Assembly (NCBI RefSeq): GCF_001194135.2 | Contig: NC_068989.1 | Span: 28,279,124 to 28,315,659, forward strand | From: Octopus bimaculoides | Taxonomy: Eukaryota | Length of the DNA: 36,536 bases | Direction: 5' to 3' | Part shown: one piece after another, positions 1 to 13,817 of the stretch | Layout: each line of letters opens with the position of its first letter | How positions within the stretch are numbered: the stretch's first letter is position 1 | Notes under the pieces: generated by a model | What the model was told of the DNA's origin: nothing | The model's database searches: none | The model's input: the letters and a program-made list of their open reading frames with translations, nothing else | Made by a program: the position numbers and the translations under genes

Positions 1-52
<52 letters not shown>
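1..52 (+). repeat. (TG)n microsatellite, truncated by window start
   Basis: Perfect TG run. Confidence 0.99.
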
Positions 53-53
<1 letters not shown>

Positions 54-645
54 ACTACCAAATGGTTACATATTTACAGAGAAGGAATATAATTGGTAAT
101 ATCGATTATAGTGTATCAATAGTATTTTATTCATCAAACCCAGATGGCTAAAAAGTAAAGTTGGTGTTGGTAGCATTTCAGCACATACTTTTAAAATCCT
201 GTCAATAATAACCATTGGACATTGTATTTCACTCGCTACCATTTTCCCCTTTCACTGTTATTCCATTAATCTACATTGTCTTACTCAATACAACGCTGAA
301 AGAATTATATGCAAATCAACTAAAACTAAATCTAAGAAATATTAATGCTGTCTTCCGCTCAATGTTCTTCCAAAATTATTTTCTTCAGTTGGTAGCTACT
401 ACTTTTCACTTTCTCTTACGGAGAGCTTTTTTCCAGTTTTAAATCCTTCTTTCTAATAAAGATTATCATATTTTTAAGCAATTATGATTGCTGATGTCAC
501 AATTAATTCTAATTAACTGCTAAAACATTTTATCAAAAAACTATCAATTTAACTCTACATTTCCTTTTTTCCTCCTCGACTCAGTATTTTATCTTCTTTC
601 ATAGACTTCTACATTAGCTCTCTCACCCACCCCCACCCCCTCCTC

Positions 646-1447
646 NNNNNNNNNNNNNNNNNNNNNNNNNNNNNNNNNNNNNNNNNNNNNNNNNNNNNNN
701 NNNNNNNNNNNNNNNNNNNNNNNNNNNNNNNNNNNNNNNNNNNNNNNNNNNNNNNNNNNNNNNNNNNNNNNNNNNNNNNNNNNNNNNNNNNNNNNNNNNN
801 NNNNNNNNNNNNNNNNNNNNNNNNNNNNNNNNNNNNNNNNNNNNNNNNNNNNNNNNNNNNNNNNNNNNNNNNNNNNNNNNNNNNNNNNNNNNNNNNNNNN
901 NNNNNNNNNNNNNNNNNNNNNNNNNNNNNNNNNNNNNNNNNNNNNNNNNNNNNNNNNNNNNNNNNNNNNNNNNNNNNNNNNNNNNNNNNNNNNNNNNNNN
1001 NNNNNNNNNNNNNNNNNNNNNNNNNNNNNNNNNNNNNNNNNNNNNNNNNNNNNNNNNNNNNNNNNNNNNNNNNNNNNNNNNNNNNNNNNNNNNNNNNNNN
1101 NNNNNNNNNNNNNNNNNNNNNNNNNNNNNNNNNNNNNNNNNNNNNNNNNNNNNNNNNNNNNNNNNNNNNNNNNNNNNNNNNNNNNNNNNNNNNNNNNNNN
1201 NNNNNNNNNNNNNNNNNNNNNNNNNNNNNNNNNNNNNNNNNNNNNNNNNNNNNNNNNNNNNNNNNNNNNNNNNNNNNNNNNNNNNNNNNNNNNNNNNNNN
1301 NNNNNNNNNNNNNNNNNNNNNNNNNNNNNNNNNNNNNNNNNNNNNNNNNNNNNNNNNNNNNNNNNNNNNNNNNNNNNNNNNNNNNNNNNNNNNNNNNNNN
1401 NNNNNNNNNNNNNNNNNNNNNNNNNNNNNNNNNNNNNNNNNNNNNNT
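646..1447. other. Assembly gap (802 N)
   Basis: Run of N; ORFs spanning it are artefacts. Confidence 1.
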
Positions 1448-1613
1448 ATATATATATATATATATACATGTATGTATTTATGCATTTTTACACATACACA
1501 CAGTCACACCGTGTCCCTCCTGTGTTCTTTTTTCATTTTTTATAATGAGTTGTTCATTGTATCCACAATATATGTATGTACGTATGTATGTATATATGTG
1601 TATATATTAAAAC

Positions 1614-1645
<32 letters not shown>

Positions 1646-3344
1646 CAGCAAGTTTCCTCATCAGCACATCAGTACCATACCACCGTAAACCCTTGAGTAG
1701 CAGACAAATCTAGACTTCGATCCTTGCTCATCACTTTATTTCTACATTTAACATTCCAAACTTTAGACAAGCACTTTAGAATGAAAATTATGTTATCATC
1801 TCACCCAGCCAATCATAAGGTTTCACTTTCGTCTTCCATAACGTTGTTTCGTTGTGTTTGAGCAAAAACTTTTTAATTAAAACCGTTCTTGTTTGTGTTG
1901 TCCTGATTTTTCCGCATAAACTATGCTATAAGAGTTTCAGAATTTTATTTATCAATTGTTATATGTTTGGGGAATTGCAGTGATTTACGTAGAAATTTTC
2001 TGGAAAATTAAAACTATTTGAAAGCTGTCTTTATTTTCTTTTTATTTCTATCTTGAAATAAACTTTCGATAAAGTGTGGCCCTTGAGAATATATTTCTTA
2101 AAGGGAAAAATGGTTTTCGTTTCATAGTAATGAACAGATAACTACAAAGGAGTTTTTTCTAAAGCTGCTCGCAGAATGACAGAAATTCGACATGACAGTC
2201 TCTAACCAGGTGAAACCGGATCAATCAGTGACGAAAAAAGGCAGAGAATGTTTGTGTGAAACATTGTTAAACATATAGAATTTCATGTGCCAATTTACAA
2301 ATTTGCTTATTGGCGAATCTCTAAATGAAGCTTTAAAATCGTTGGTTTCTTTCTCGACTCAGCAGATACCAATTATATTTTAGAGTATGGAAGATGGGAA
2401 TTCAGACCAATAAATGTCCTTGTGTGAACAAAATTACCAAGATAAAGCTGAAGAAATGGTTTCAACTTGGAGAGGAAACTGCATACAATTTCGGCCTTTC
2501 AGAAACTTATATTTACTTCTGTGATGCTCGAAACGCAGAATATATAATAGGGCTAAGTATGAATAATGCAAACTATGCATGACAGGCGGTAGATAGCTAA
2601 GTGTATATGGTACCATATAATACTCGACGGATTGGTATTTTGTATTTTGTCGCCATCATTTATTTATTTACGTAGCCAAGGAACTTAAGTATTGATTAAG
2701 GGTTGAGCTTGTTCATTAAGCTCTAAATGAATCCCGCAGTTAGTAAATGCCACAGAAGTGGTGGCATTAAGTTCAATTCTTCGGCTGGTAAAAGTTATGT
2801 GCAATAGATAGATTTGCTTTGAATAACAACTAGAAAACTTTAGACAACGAACAATCTTATGGATTCTTGTGATTAGAGAAAAAAAATATGTTTACTTTGG
2901 CTTTAAGGTTGTTGAGCATTTCGTTGCTGAAGCCCCTGGCTTGAGAAGATACTCATTAAACAACATAGTAGCTTCACATTTGAATTCATCTGAGATAAAT
3001 TTACATACGTTTTCAGACACCGTAGTTCGAATTACTGGATACAAAAATAGTTTTTATCCTTTTCTCATTACATTTAAAGTAACTATGAATAGTTTTTTCT
3101 CCTTTACATTCCAACTTTGTTTATCGTCCCCCGAAAGTCATTGAGTGGGTAGTACACGACCTTAGGTATGTGTATACATCTCTAATGCACTCATGTGAAT
3201 GTTTACTCCTTCAGAAATGTTTATATTTCTATAGAAATATTATTCCATATCCCGAGGAAACAAAATATTTCAAAAAATATTGACTACATCCTTAGATGTA
3301 TTAGTATTTCCCTCGAAATATTGTTTCTTGTATATTCTTAGTTT

Positions 3345-4147
3345 CCTGTCCTTCTAATCGTTGTTTCTCTTGTCCGCCTTTGTATCGTCTATCTGTCCGA
3401 ATGTTTTTATTATCCTCTATTGTGTTTTTGTTTCATTTTTATATTTATATATACATATAGCGGCGTACGTACACACTTGTGCTCACCTAAGAGTAGCTAT
3501 GTATCTAAATTTTGTACGACTCTTACTCTATCTTTTGGTCCCCATCTCACATTTCTTGGTCCTCTCTTTTTTTAACTCCCACTATTTCCTACTCGTTTAT
3601 CTCCCCTGTACCTTTCTTGTCTCTGGTTTTTTCTGATCCTTTAATCCCGCTGCCCTCTACCCATCCCTTCTCCTTCCACGTGATCGGTGTCCGATCAGCC
3701 ATGATCTTTCTTTCTTGGCCTGACCACCGACCGCCAACACCTCTTATGTCCATATCCTATGTTCCTGCCTTTAGGTTTTCACTTCATACACGCCAGCTCA
3801 ATTTGATTCGTTCTCAGTCGAAGACACTTGTTGCTATTTCTTGCTGTTTGTATTCGCAATTGTGTATCATGTTCTCCGTTTTTTGTCTTCGTTGTCGTAC
3901 ACATTCGCTAGCTTTCTTACAAAGGGGTCTAATGTTCTAAGCTTAGACTTTTGTGGGGCAACCAGATCGAACCAGCTCAAGTCTAACTGCCCGAAATGGT
4001 CGTGACGTCTGGTACTTGACTGAAGAAAGAAGGCCACGAATGACCCGTCTTTTTTGCCTGTCCTTCTATATTGTTGTTTCTCTTGTCCGCCTTTGTATCG
4101 TCTATGTATCCGAATGTTTTTATTGTCTTCTATTGCGTTTTTGTTCC

Positions 4148-4152
<5 letters not shown>
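3345..4152 (+). mobile_element. Non-coding unit bounded by ~96-bp direct repeats; possible partial-tandem 3' end of a Penelope-like element
   Basis: cctgtccttcta...gttgtttctcttgtccgcctttgtatcgtctat...ccgaatgtttttatt occurs at 3345-3440 and 4057-4152 (~90% identical by hand), each followed by TA-rich microsatellite. No ORF; family assignment is inference. Confidence 0.4.
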
Positions 4153-4185
<33 letters not shown>

Positions 4186-4626
4186 AGGAGGGAGAGAGAG
4201 ACAGAAAGTGGTAGAGAGAGAGAAGCAGAGCCTTTTCTAGAAGTATTTCTGCCTAAATGATAAAATATATATTTTCTATTTCAGCTTTAGATATTATAGA
4301 GTGTGAAATGTTGACGATGACACGAAACTGCGACTGAGTTTCTATTCAAAACTGGAATTACTTCACACGCCAACGGCTATAGTAGTTTCTACTGGGAGTT
4401 AATGAAATTGAAAAACTCGTGTTCCACCCGACTCGCTAAGCAAATCTTATATTAAGTTCTTTTTAAAGAAGATATTATATAAGAACATTATGTGTTTTAC
4501 ATTGTTTTGAGTTTGTATTATTTTTTACAATTGCCTTCTTCGGAAGAGAGAATTCGTATGTAGAAATTCATTTATAGACGGGTATTATAAAAAAAACATT
4601 TTGTGACATTCGTGTCATATATATAT

Positions 4627-5563
4627 ATATCAGTAGAAATTATTCTCATTGTTGTTCCTTACCTTCAGTTATCTTTGATCGAGCAGACTATACGCAAAGA
4701 CGTTCCAGACATGGCCATCGACATAGCATATCTGGAACACAAGCCTAAAGCACAAAGAGAGAGCAAGACGTCTATCAACTTCCATCACTAACATGAAGAT
4801 TCAACAAGTTCGAGTGATGTTTCTGGCGAATCGGCGAGTAGCCAACAATGAAGTGCCATGTTCTCTGAAAACTAGTCGATTAGAAATCATCCACGGCAAG
4901 CTTTGCTTCCGTAAAGTCTTTGCGAGATCGATACTGATGCCAACACACCGCTTACTCGACCACAACAATGATGAAAGCGAAGCGTTTTAGAGTAGTCACA
5001 GGAAATGAAATCTGGGTCCATCACATCGAACCAGGATTCAAAAAGCAGAGTATGGAGTGGAAACACCCGGAGACGCCAGCGAGAATAAAATTCAATCACC
5101 AGTGTAGGCTACAGTGAACTACTGAGCAACAAACTGAAACCATCAATTTGCACCAAACGCCGAGGTCTATTGTTAAAACAAGTGTTGTTGCAGGGCAATG
5201 CATTCCACATACAGTCACCCACACCGTTGAAACTACTGAAAAACTGGGTTTCGAGTTGCTGGAATAGCCTGCATAAAGTCCATCCAGATCTTGCTCCTTC
5301 CGCTTTCACCCTCTTTGGACAGCGCCCGAGCATCCTTTACACGGTCGTCGATTTGCTACAGACGAAGAAGTACAGGAAGCGTTGAGCAAATGGATGCGCA
5401 ACCTGCCGAAAACCTTCTCCACTGGAATAAGCAAGCTTGTGGACCACTAAAAGAAGTGTATCGAAAATGGTGTAATTGTTGAACCACTGCTTTTTTGTTT
5501 TTTTTATTTTTGTTAATAAATTACAGAAGGAAGAGTGCGCATAATTTTTTACCTACTCATGTA
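4627..5563 (+). mobile_element. Decayed, internally deleted mariner (Tc1/mariner D,D34D-type) transposon
   Basis: Frameshifted motifs VVTGNEIWVHHIEPGFKKQSMEWKHP (~4990-5070), KLGFELLE, PDLAPSAF and a W-x-K-C-like C-terminus. Right TIR-like gtgcgcataattttttacctactcatgTA at 5535-5563. The left end is only a weak TIR match. Confidence 0.85.
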
Positions 5564-5622
5564 TATGTAATATCCTAAAGTTACGCTGTATGTCTTATAG
5601 TGACTTTTTCTATTCTGCCTAG

Positions 5623-5766
5623 TGTATTCCCATCAGAGGACTCGGTTTTCGAAGAGGTTCTTACCGATGTGTTTGCAAAGATTCTTTCTACTTCCCCAAT
5701 GTTACAGCAGAACATAGATATTTCTTCGGCACTGACGTAGAACACGAATACGAAAAGGCAAAGAGA
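5623..5766 (+). CDS. Internal coding exon (144 nt, 48 aa, phase 0-0) of a GPR158/GPR179-like class C GPCR; cysteine-rich/EGF-like stalk
   Basis: Acceptor ttttctattctgcctAG (AG 5621-5622) and donor AGA|GTAAGT (5767). Translates without stop to CIPIRGLGFRRGSYRCVCKDSFYFPNVTAEHRYFFGTDVEHEYEKAKR, matching the GPR158-family pattern C-x-P-x2-GLGF-x2-G-x-Y-x-C-x-C-x2-[G/S]FY-x-P. Absent from the ORF track. Confidence 0.9.
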
Positions 5767-5845
5767 GTAAGTATATTACTTACAATTTCTTATATATTAT
5801 TATATCCTATTACTATATATCATATACATTATATATAATATAAAA

Positions 5846-5975
<130 letters not shown>

Positions 5976-8445
5976 TGTAGCTTAGAGATATATAATAGTA
6001 TTATCTTATAACAATATCTTGTATACGTCTTAATTCCCAACTTCACCCTTATGTTGAATTCATCAGAGTTATTTGCCAATGAAATCCGTTAACGTATTGT
6101 GTTATCTAGTAAATCATGCTTTCCTCTCTTCATCAATTAGTGTTGCCATAAATTCTACAGATCACATTGTTAAAGCTTAAAATAGCTTCCAAAACAGCTA
6201 GCAGTTGAAATATATTTCTGCTTTACTTCAAGAAATATTCTATCGCATGGTCAATCTTGGATTTATTTCCCAATACTACAAGATAGCAAAACACTAATTA
6301 ATTAAACATTAATTGGTGCATTAATTTAATAAGAATTTTACTGATGTAAATATTGGGCAATCTTTACGAAGGGCATAGCGAAGTATTGTTGATGGGATGT
6401 GAAACAACGAATCTTGGGCCAACTGAACGTACACTTTAATAACTCCGATACAATTCTTTTTTTATTGAATGCGTTTAATTAAATAAACACTGATCAATTC
6501 ATATTTCATTGTATAACCGGGTCTTTTATAAAAGAGAGAATTACTGTAGATTCTAAGACACAAATATTATAAACAGAACTTTCTCATACCAACACAATCA
6601 TATCTTAATTAACTTGTGTGGGATAAACATAATAAAACTTGTTTACGGCTTATTAAATAACTTCACACGTATAAAAGCTTAATATTTTCGTAATGTGGCC
6701 ACATAGCTTTTCACTAGTTCTCTTCGATATTACAGATGCACCGCTTTATCGTCAAATTAATTAATTTGAAAATAAATCATTATTCCAATCGACTTATCTT
6801 CGTTAAAGGAGACGTTACTCTAGTAGTGAATTAGATTGTCTGTTCGTCTGTTTCTTCTCGTCTACTAATATTTATACGAGATAGAATTCTAAATTCATTA
6901 TTGACTTACATTATATAATATTTACATCCCAGATAAGAGATGACAGAATTTTGACAGACAAGTTCACATCGCGATTTGGTATGCAATGGTATAAAACACA
7001 AACTTGAGAGTTTTCTTAGCTTTTTTTAAAAATTGAATGTAAAAGATTGTTCATGCGAAGTGATTTCTTGGCAGTATCTACTATGAATAACCAGTAAAAG
7101 AATGAGATTTAGAAAATATTAAACTGCTAGCATAATTTTCAAAGAACTCTGAATAAAAAAAATATCAATCTTTCAAGAGAAAATCAAAAATTTATTGCGT
7201 GGTCACAGAGATTCGAGTTGACTATGTAATGATTGGGCATTTGTCCGAGGCAATTATAACGTGAGATAGTACAACCTGAAATGAAACTTGTATACAGATG
7301 ACCGAAGCATTTAATAAAAATATTAAAACTGATTCTATAACAATGCATAGATTTTCCACTTAACAAAACTGCTATAAACTTTCTTACCGAGTATGGCCGT
7401 ATGGATAAGAAGTTCACTTAACAACTGCATAGTTCGGGTGCGATCTTACAATGTGATACTTTGGGAAAAGGCCTCCAACTACAATTTCAGGTTGACCTAG
7501 AATGGAATTTTGTAGATGCAAACTGGTTAGAATCACGTCAGAGAAAATGTTCCTATTTTCGTGTAGTAGATTTAATCCATCGACCAGTTTAAACACCATA
7601 TCTTGGTTCTTAGGTGTCTTAAGTAGAATATTTTCTGTTGCAAACATTCGGCCCAAGTTTCTGGTCTCACAGGCCCTTAAAATAGATATGAGGTACTCCT
7701 TTTCTCCTCTAAGTGATATGCTTCATGAAAATTTGTACAATAATAAACGGAAGTATTAGTAATGACTTCTTATACTTCCTTCTATAAGTCGTAATTGAGT
7801 CAACAAGACAGCCAGCAACCAGCGATCGAAAAGTTTGGCAGTTCTTATACCTTCAGATACTCTTTGATCGGTAAAAATATAACTTCAGCTGATCCGATCT
7901 CCTTTGTCGTAAATAAGTACTGTTGAAAGACGTGCTTTGTACATTTTTTTTTCTGAACAGTGCAAATAGCACAACATAAGAGTTCATAACCTAGTTTCAC
8001 TCTCCTTTTATAGATGCTTTATTTCAGTTACGTCACAAATAGCACTGGAGAAGGGCATTAACTTTATACACTAATAACTCCTTTTCTCCAAAACAGTTTT
8101 TTTTTTCTTTTAGTTTCTACCGCCACTACCAGAAAGAGATGGCGTGTTTAATATTAGTGAATAATAAAGGAGGGAAATTCAGTACGAATGTTCTTCAGAA
8201 AACTTTACTTGCTCAGACTATTCAATTTGTTGCCTGAATTATCGTGAGAAATACCCTTCAATGAATATCATCTCTTAAGTTTCTATTTCGATTTGGATCA
8301 CTTACCATACAGTAAAAACACGTTATTCTTTCTAGTTGATATTGATTGGCCTCTATCGTCTCCGTTATGTGTATCTATCAGCCATTGAGATTATGATACG
8401 TAAATTTTCTTCTAAAAGTAGTTTTGATAATAAAAAAAAAAAACT

Positions 8446-8648
8446 TGGCAGAAACGTTAGCACGCCGGGCGAAATGCTTAGCGGTATTTCGTGTCTTTAA
8501 GTTCTGAGTTCAAATTCCGCCGAGGTCGACTTTGCCTTTCATCCTTTCGAGGTCGATAATTTAAATACCAGTTACGTACTGGGGTCGATCTAATCGACTG
8601 GCTTCCTCGCCAAAAATTTCAGGCCTTGTGCCTATAGTAGAAAAGAAT
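8446..8648 (+). mobile_element. tRNA-derived SINE (abundant octopus-type family), near full length
   Basis: A-box-like TGGCAGAAACGTTAG and B-box-like GAGTTCAAATTCC, body gtcgactttgcctttcatcctttcg...ggggtcgat, tail ggccttgtgcctatagtagaaaag. Homologous copies recur throughout the window. Confidence 0.9.
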
Positions 8649-8789
8649 TTAAGTTAATATAATTTGGGGATTGACTTGTGATGTTAGTTTTATTATTGTA
8701 CTGGTAAAACAAAAAACTTTCTCAACATATATTACCGTTAATTTTAAAAGTCTACCTTGTATTTCAGCTTCAAAGATGCCTAGCATCTA

Positions 8790-9693
8790 TCAAGTCATCC
8801 CATAGGTTCTATCCGAATTTTGAATAAAAAAATAAGTGATCAAATGTTATATTTAATTGAAATTTAATCATCAATGTACTTTCCCTGATTATCTATGACT
8901 TCCTTCCATCTATTTACAAGCTTTTTAATCCCATCAATGTAAAACTCTTTTGGTTTCAAAGCGAAGAACTCTGAAATGTCAGTTTCGACCTCCTCCTGGC
9001 TTGCGAAAGTTATGTTCTCCAAATGATTCTGTAAACTACGAAACAAATAGTAGTCTGAAGGAGCAAAATCGGGAGAATAAGGTGGATGAGGAATTTTTTC
9101 CCAACTAAGCTCTTCGATCTTCTGCAATGTGATCTTTACTTGTGGGGTCACGCATAGTCCTGATGAAACATCACACCTTTTCGATTCACTAAAGTGGGTC
9201 TTTTTTTCTTCAAAGCTTGGTTCAAACCTTCTAATTGTTGACAGTAGACTTGAGCATTGATTGTTGCATTAGGTGGTAACAATTTAAAGTTAATTACTCC
9301 TTTCCAATCCTACCAGGTAGAGGGAAGAACATTTTTCCCATGAAGTTCCCTTCTCGGTTGTGGTAGAGCTTTTTCTCTTTTACCAAGTCACTGTTTACGA
9401 CGTTTAACATTTCGATAGAAGATCTATTTTTCGTCACCAGTCACAAGTCTATCCAAAAAGGGTGAAATGGGTTCGCGAGAATGGAGAGAAGAGCAGATGT
9501 CAACTCGGGACTTGTGGTTGCTTTCGGACAATTCATGAGGCACCCATTTTTCAAGATTAGGAAACTTTCCCAGTTGTTGAAGATGACGATGAACAGTTGT
9601 ATGGTTTGAACAAAGCTTTATTGCCAATTCTTCAACTGATAATGCAGGATTTTCTTCAAGTAATGCCTCAAGGAGCTTATCATCAAACTCAAC
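8790..9693 (-). mobile_element. Decayed mariner transposon (Mos1/Hsmar-like), 5' part lost in assembly gap
   Basis: ORFs 9424..9627 (WVPHEL, LVTGDEK then stop) and 8864..9151 (HPPYSPDFAPSDYYLF, FYIDGIKKLVNRW, GKYIDD), with HQDYA between. TIR-like TA|TCAAGTCATCCCATAGGTTC from 8790. Confidence 0.95.
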
Positions 9694-10686
9694 NNNNNNN
9701 NNNNNNNNNNNNNNNNNNNNNNNNNNNNNNNNNNNNNNNNNNNNNNNNNNNNNNNNNNNNNNNNNNNNNNNNNNNNNNNNNNNNNNNNNNNNNNNNNNNN
9801 NNNNNNNNNNNNNNNNNNNNNNNNNNNNNNNNNNNNNNNNNNNNNNNNNNNNNNNNNNNNNNNNNNNNNNNNNNNNNNNNNNNNNNNNNNNNNNNNNNNN
9901 NNNNNNNNNNNNNNNNNNNNNNNNNNNNNNNNNNNNNNNNNNNNNNNNNNNNNNNNNNNNNNNNNNNNNNNNNNNNNNNNNNNNNNNNNNNNNNNNNNNN
10001 NNNNNNNNNNNNNNNNNNNNNNNNNNNNNNNNNNNNNNNNNNNNNNNNNNNNNNNNNNNNNNNNNNNNNNNNNNNNNNNNNNNNNNNNNNNNNNNNNNNN
10101 NNNNNNNNNNNNNNNNNNNNNNNNNNNNNNNNNNNNNNNNNNNNNNNNNNNNNNNNNNNNNNNNNNNNNNNNNNNNNNNNNNNNNNNNNNNNNNNNNNNN
10201 NNNNNNNNNNNNNNNNNNNNNNNNNNNNNNNNNNNNNNNNNNNNNNNNNNNNNNNNNNNNNNNNNNNNNNNNNNNNNNNNNNNNNNNNNNNNNNNNNNNN
10301 NNNNNNNNNNNNNNNNNNNNNNNNNNNNNNNNNNNNNNNNNNNNNNNNNNNNNNNNNNNNNNNNNNNNNNNNNNNNNNNNNNNNNNNNNNNNNNNNNNNN
10401 NNNNNNNNNNNNNNNNNNNNNNNNNNNNNNNNNNNNNNNNNNNNNNNNNNNNNNNNNNNNNNNNNNNNNNNNNNNNNNNNNNNNNNNNNNNNNNNNNNNN
10501 NNNNNNNNNNNNNNNNNNNNNNNNNNNNNNNNNNNNNNNNNNNNNNNNNNNNNNNNNNNNNNNNNNNNNNNNNNNNNNNNNNNNNNNNNNNNNNNNNNNN
10601 NNNNNNNNNNNNNNNNNNNNNNNNNNNNNNNNNNNNNNNNNNNNNNNNNNNNNNNNNNNNNNNNNNNNNNNNNNNNNNNNNNNNNN
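9694..10686. other. Assembly gap (993 N)
   Basis: Run of N. Confidence 1.
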
Positions 10687-11115
10687 TGGTCATTCCTCTA
10701 AAATTCTGTATAAATACTTAAATATGATTCCCTATGATTCCTTCTATACAACCATGATTTTTGATGAACTTAAAATAATTATAAATTTATTTTACTACCT
10801 ATTTTGAACACTTTCATGTAAACTGCTTAAACAAAAAGCCCCTCTTAACAAACCCACGCCACCATCTCTTCAGTTATCTGGCCATCGAAAAATGCTATGA
10901 AAATGACCGTTAAACAAAGGGAAATTACTGTGTGATTGACCTTATTAAGACAAAATAGCTATTAGAATGACCACTAAGTGAGGGGAGGGAGTAAACGTAA
11001 GGGAGTAAAAATGTCCATAGTATTCACGTGGACTTCTACCTCTGAGGGAAACTTTCTAGGTACAATCGTATGGTCATTCATGACCGAAAGGAGTCCTATA
11101 TCATATTATATTATA

Positions 11116-11159
<44 letters not shown>

Positions 11160-12654
11160 TGTATCGTTAAAATAAGTACCAGTGTTATACTGTAGTAGAT
11201 TTTTAATTGACTATATACCCACCCCATACGAATTTGTAGTTTTACACCAATATCAATTGTTTATCTGAGTGTTCGCAAAGATAGAATACTCTAAGCCTAC
11301 CAGATATGGCAGGTAAACTCGCTTAACTCACAATCTATCATCTAAAAATAAAATATGGAAACATTGCTCAAAGTCACCGCTGACCTGGGGCTAAACAACA
11401 GTAACATCAAAGATAATTGATCAACATATCACGATATTGAAAATAATTAAACCCCGTTCAATGCTGCCTTATATATCAACAAACGAAATCTTTATATTGA
11501 CAAATAATTAATAAGTCAGCCTACTCGTATGTCTTTTTCAGGGACCGGGGGCGATAGGGGATGTCTACTTGTGTGAGTATGTGCTGTTGTTGTTGTTGTT
11601 TAATGTGAGGTCTTGTGTAATTTATCGGTGTTCCTCCACGCAGGTTATAGAAATTCACCCGTCTCCAGTTTCATGGAAAAAAATTTCTTATAATTTAAAC
11701 AAAATATGATGAATATAGACTTTTTTCATTGTTTTCTTCGAGTATTTGAACAGAAGCAGAAGAGAAATCATTTAAGATTCTGAAATTATGCAAGACTATC
11801 GTCATCTGTTTTCGACTGCTTCCAAATTAATCGCCAATCTTCAAACCTCGTAACAACGCTAAAGAAAAAATATATAATGTAAAAATGGCGTCATTTAAAT
11901 ACGATCAATTAAAAATATAAACGAAATTAAACGTTCTCTGTTATTTATTCAACTAAACCCTTATAAACATTAATTTCCTTGCTATGATTTATTTCATTTG
12001 ATTTTCTTAAATTTTCTTCATCATAAATTTTCGCGAATTCTTTTCTATTCTTGTTTTGTAATTTTAATCTTTGCAATTTCCATCGTTTTCTTTTTTGTTG
12101 TTTCCTTCCTCTTACTTAATTTTCAGTTGTTAAGTCAAACTAATTATCAGTTAACTAGAGCAAAGTATAACAGGAATGACAATACTGGAAAGAATAATGC
12201 AAAGGATGATCCTGAGCAAAATATGAAACTGCGGCTCCATTTCGGGAGTTGAGGGTTCAAGGGAATAGGAAGTTATGCTTTATTCATCCCTATTCCCAAG
12301 TCCGACTGGCACGGGGTGCTAGTAGCCGTCAAGTCAGGTCATGTGTCATATAATAAATGACATACAGAACTCGGAGGAATGATGGCACGCTAGACATGTC
12401 ACGTAGATTCGCAGGTGTGTGGGCTTACACTGACGTTATATGACTCATTCACACTGCTTGAAGTTTAAACAAGCACTGCACTTCGAGGATATGCTCACAA
12501 AAATAGGGACTAGCAGATCAAACCGTAAATATACAGGCAGAAAGCAACGGAGTAATCTCTGCTGCATATTTTCTAAGAAAAAACAAGGATCTTCAGACTC
12601 TGGCATGAATGGCTATGATCACCGGAACGTGTAAAACAGGTGTGGATCATGAAG

Positions 12655-12714
12655 AGAGAGTGAGAGAGGGTGAGAGAGAAAGAAAGAAACAAGCATACAG
12701 AGAAAGAGAGGGTG

Positions 12715-12777
<63 letters not shown>

Positions 12778-12910
12778 AGCAAACAGAAAGAGAGAGAACG
12801 TTTGTGTGTGTGTGTATTTTTGTGAGTGAGTGACTGAGTGACTGAATAAGTGAGTGAGTGAGTGAGTGAGTGAGTGAGTGAGTGAGTGAGCGGAAGAGAG
12901 AGAGAGACTG
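12655..12910 (+). repeat. Compound microsatellite (GA)n/(GAAA)n/(TG)n/(GAGT)n
   Basis: Direct reading; explains the low-complexity ORFs 12573..12782 and 12609..12833. Confidence 0.95.
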
Positions 12911-13817
12911 GTAAGAAAATTCTTTTGAGAGATTAGTAGGAAGAAAATGCAGTGGCGAACTTAAAAGAGACGTTAATTAAAAAGAGCGTTTGTTTTGTAA
13001 TTATTTCGAGCTTCAAATATATTTCTGTGTTAACGTATTGTATGTTAAACCTAATAGAAAGGAACTATTCATTCATAGATAACTTTGATGAAATGTATCT
13101 AAGAGATAACCGACAATTGCGATAAAACTGATAGCTTAGGAAACCTTTATTTATCTGTTAACATTTAATATTCACAGGTTCATATAAATGACTATTAATA
13201 CTAAATTGGATATTCCTGTATTGAATTACCACGAATAGGGAATCGGTAATATGCAAACAGCCGTTAAACTGGAACTTTGAATTCTGATAATGAAAATTAT
13301 TCCTTAAAATATTAATGATCTAGTCCAGGTAACTAGTTTCAGTAATAGGATTGCCGATTCAGTTTGAAATAGTAATAGGCCAATTTCGTACCAACAGATA
13401 TATCATTAAACCGCATATATTAGAAACCCTTATAACACAACGTAAGACACTAGTTTATATTTATGTTGATGATGGTGTTTAGTCAAAAAGATCTTAATAT
13501 ATTGTCTCTATAGTTCAAAGCTTGTTCAACAGAAACGTGTAATTCAATTAAGTTTGATCCGAGTGCCTAACTTAATATTGACAATATCGACATTAAGAGG
13601 GGATAAAATGCCACGCTGATTCCAGCAAATTGTCATAGTTGTTACAAATTTCAAATCTTTATTCGTACACCAAAATCCTGATGAAAAATGAAGTTAATTT
13701 TTGAACTAACTCCAGTTAAATATTATTCATACATACGCGCGCGAGCGCACACGCACGTACAAATATACATACATGTATACATGCATCCATGCATACATAT
13801 ATATAAGTAAAAAAACG

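Noticed and set aside
90-190. Very decayed SINE-like traces (also near 11150-11240, 13540-13630, 28630-28730 and 29555-29640)
   Set aside because: Probably old SINE copies, but too degenerate to give defensible boundaries.
589-1485. Long ORFs 589..1485, 609..1469, 9597..10721 and 9689..10693
   Set aside because: They are made of N-gap positions (X residues) and are artefacts.
2080-2620. Possible hAT transposase C-terminal remnant on the minus strand (DFKASFRDSPISKF...MFHTNILCLFSSL; gtggccc motif)
   Set aside because: The resemblance is too weak and frame-broken to call without a profile search.
3990-4050. Hammerhead-like words CGAAA and CTGAAGA; also CTGATGAG at 14020 and a TGCA...TGCA stem near 24850
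   Set aside because: The required stem II/III pairing and GAAA-stem-UH geometry are absent, so no ribozyme can be drawn.
7184-7760. Cluster of 77-85 aa ORFs and an LLRGHRD peptide suggestive of a hAT/DUF4371 fossil
   Set aside because: No further collinear motifs were found in any frame.
8446-8530. A/B-box sequences considered as tRNA genes
   Set aside because: No cloverleaf or anticodon arm can be drawn, and they continue into shared SINE bodies and tails.
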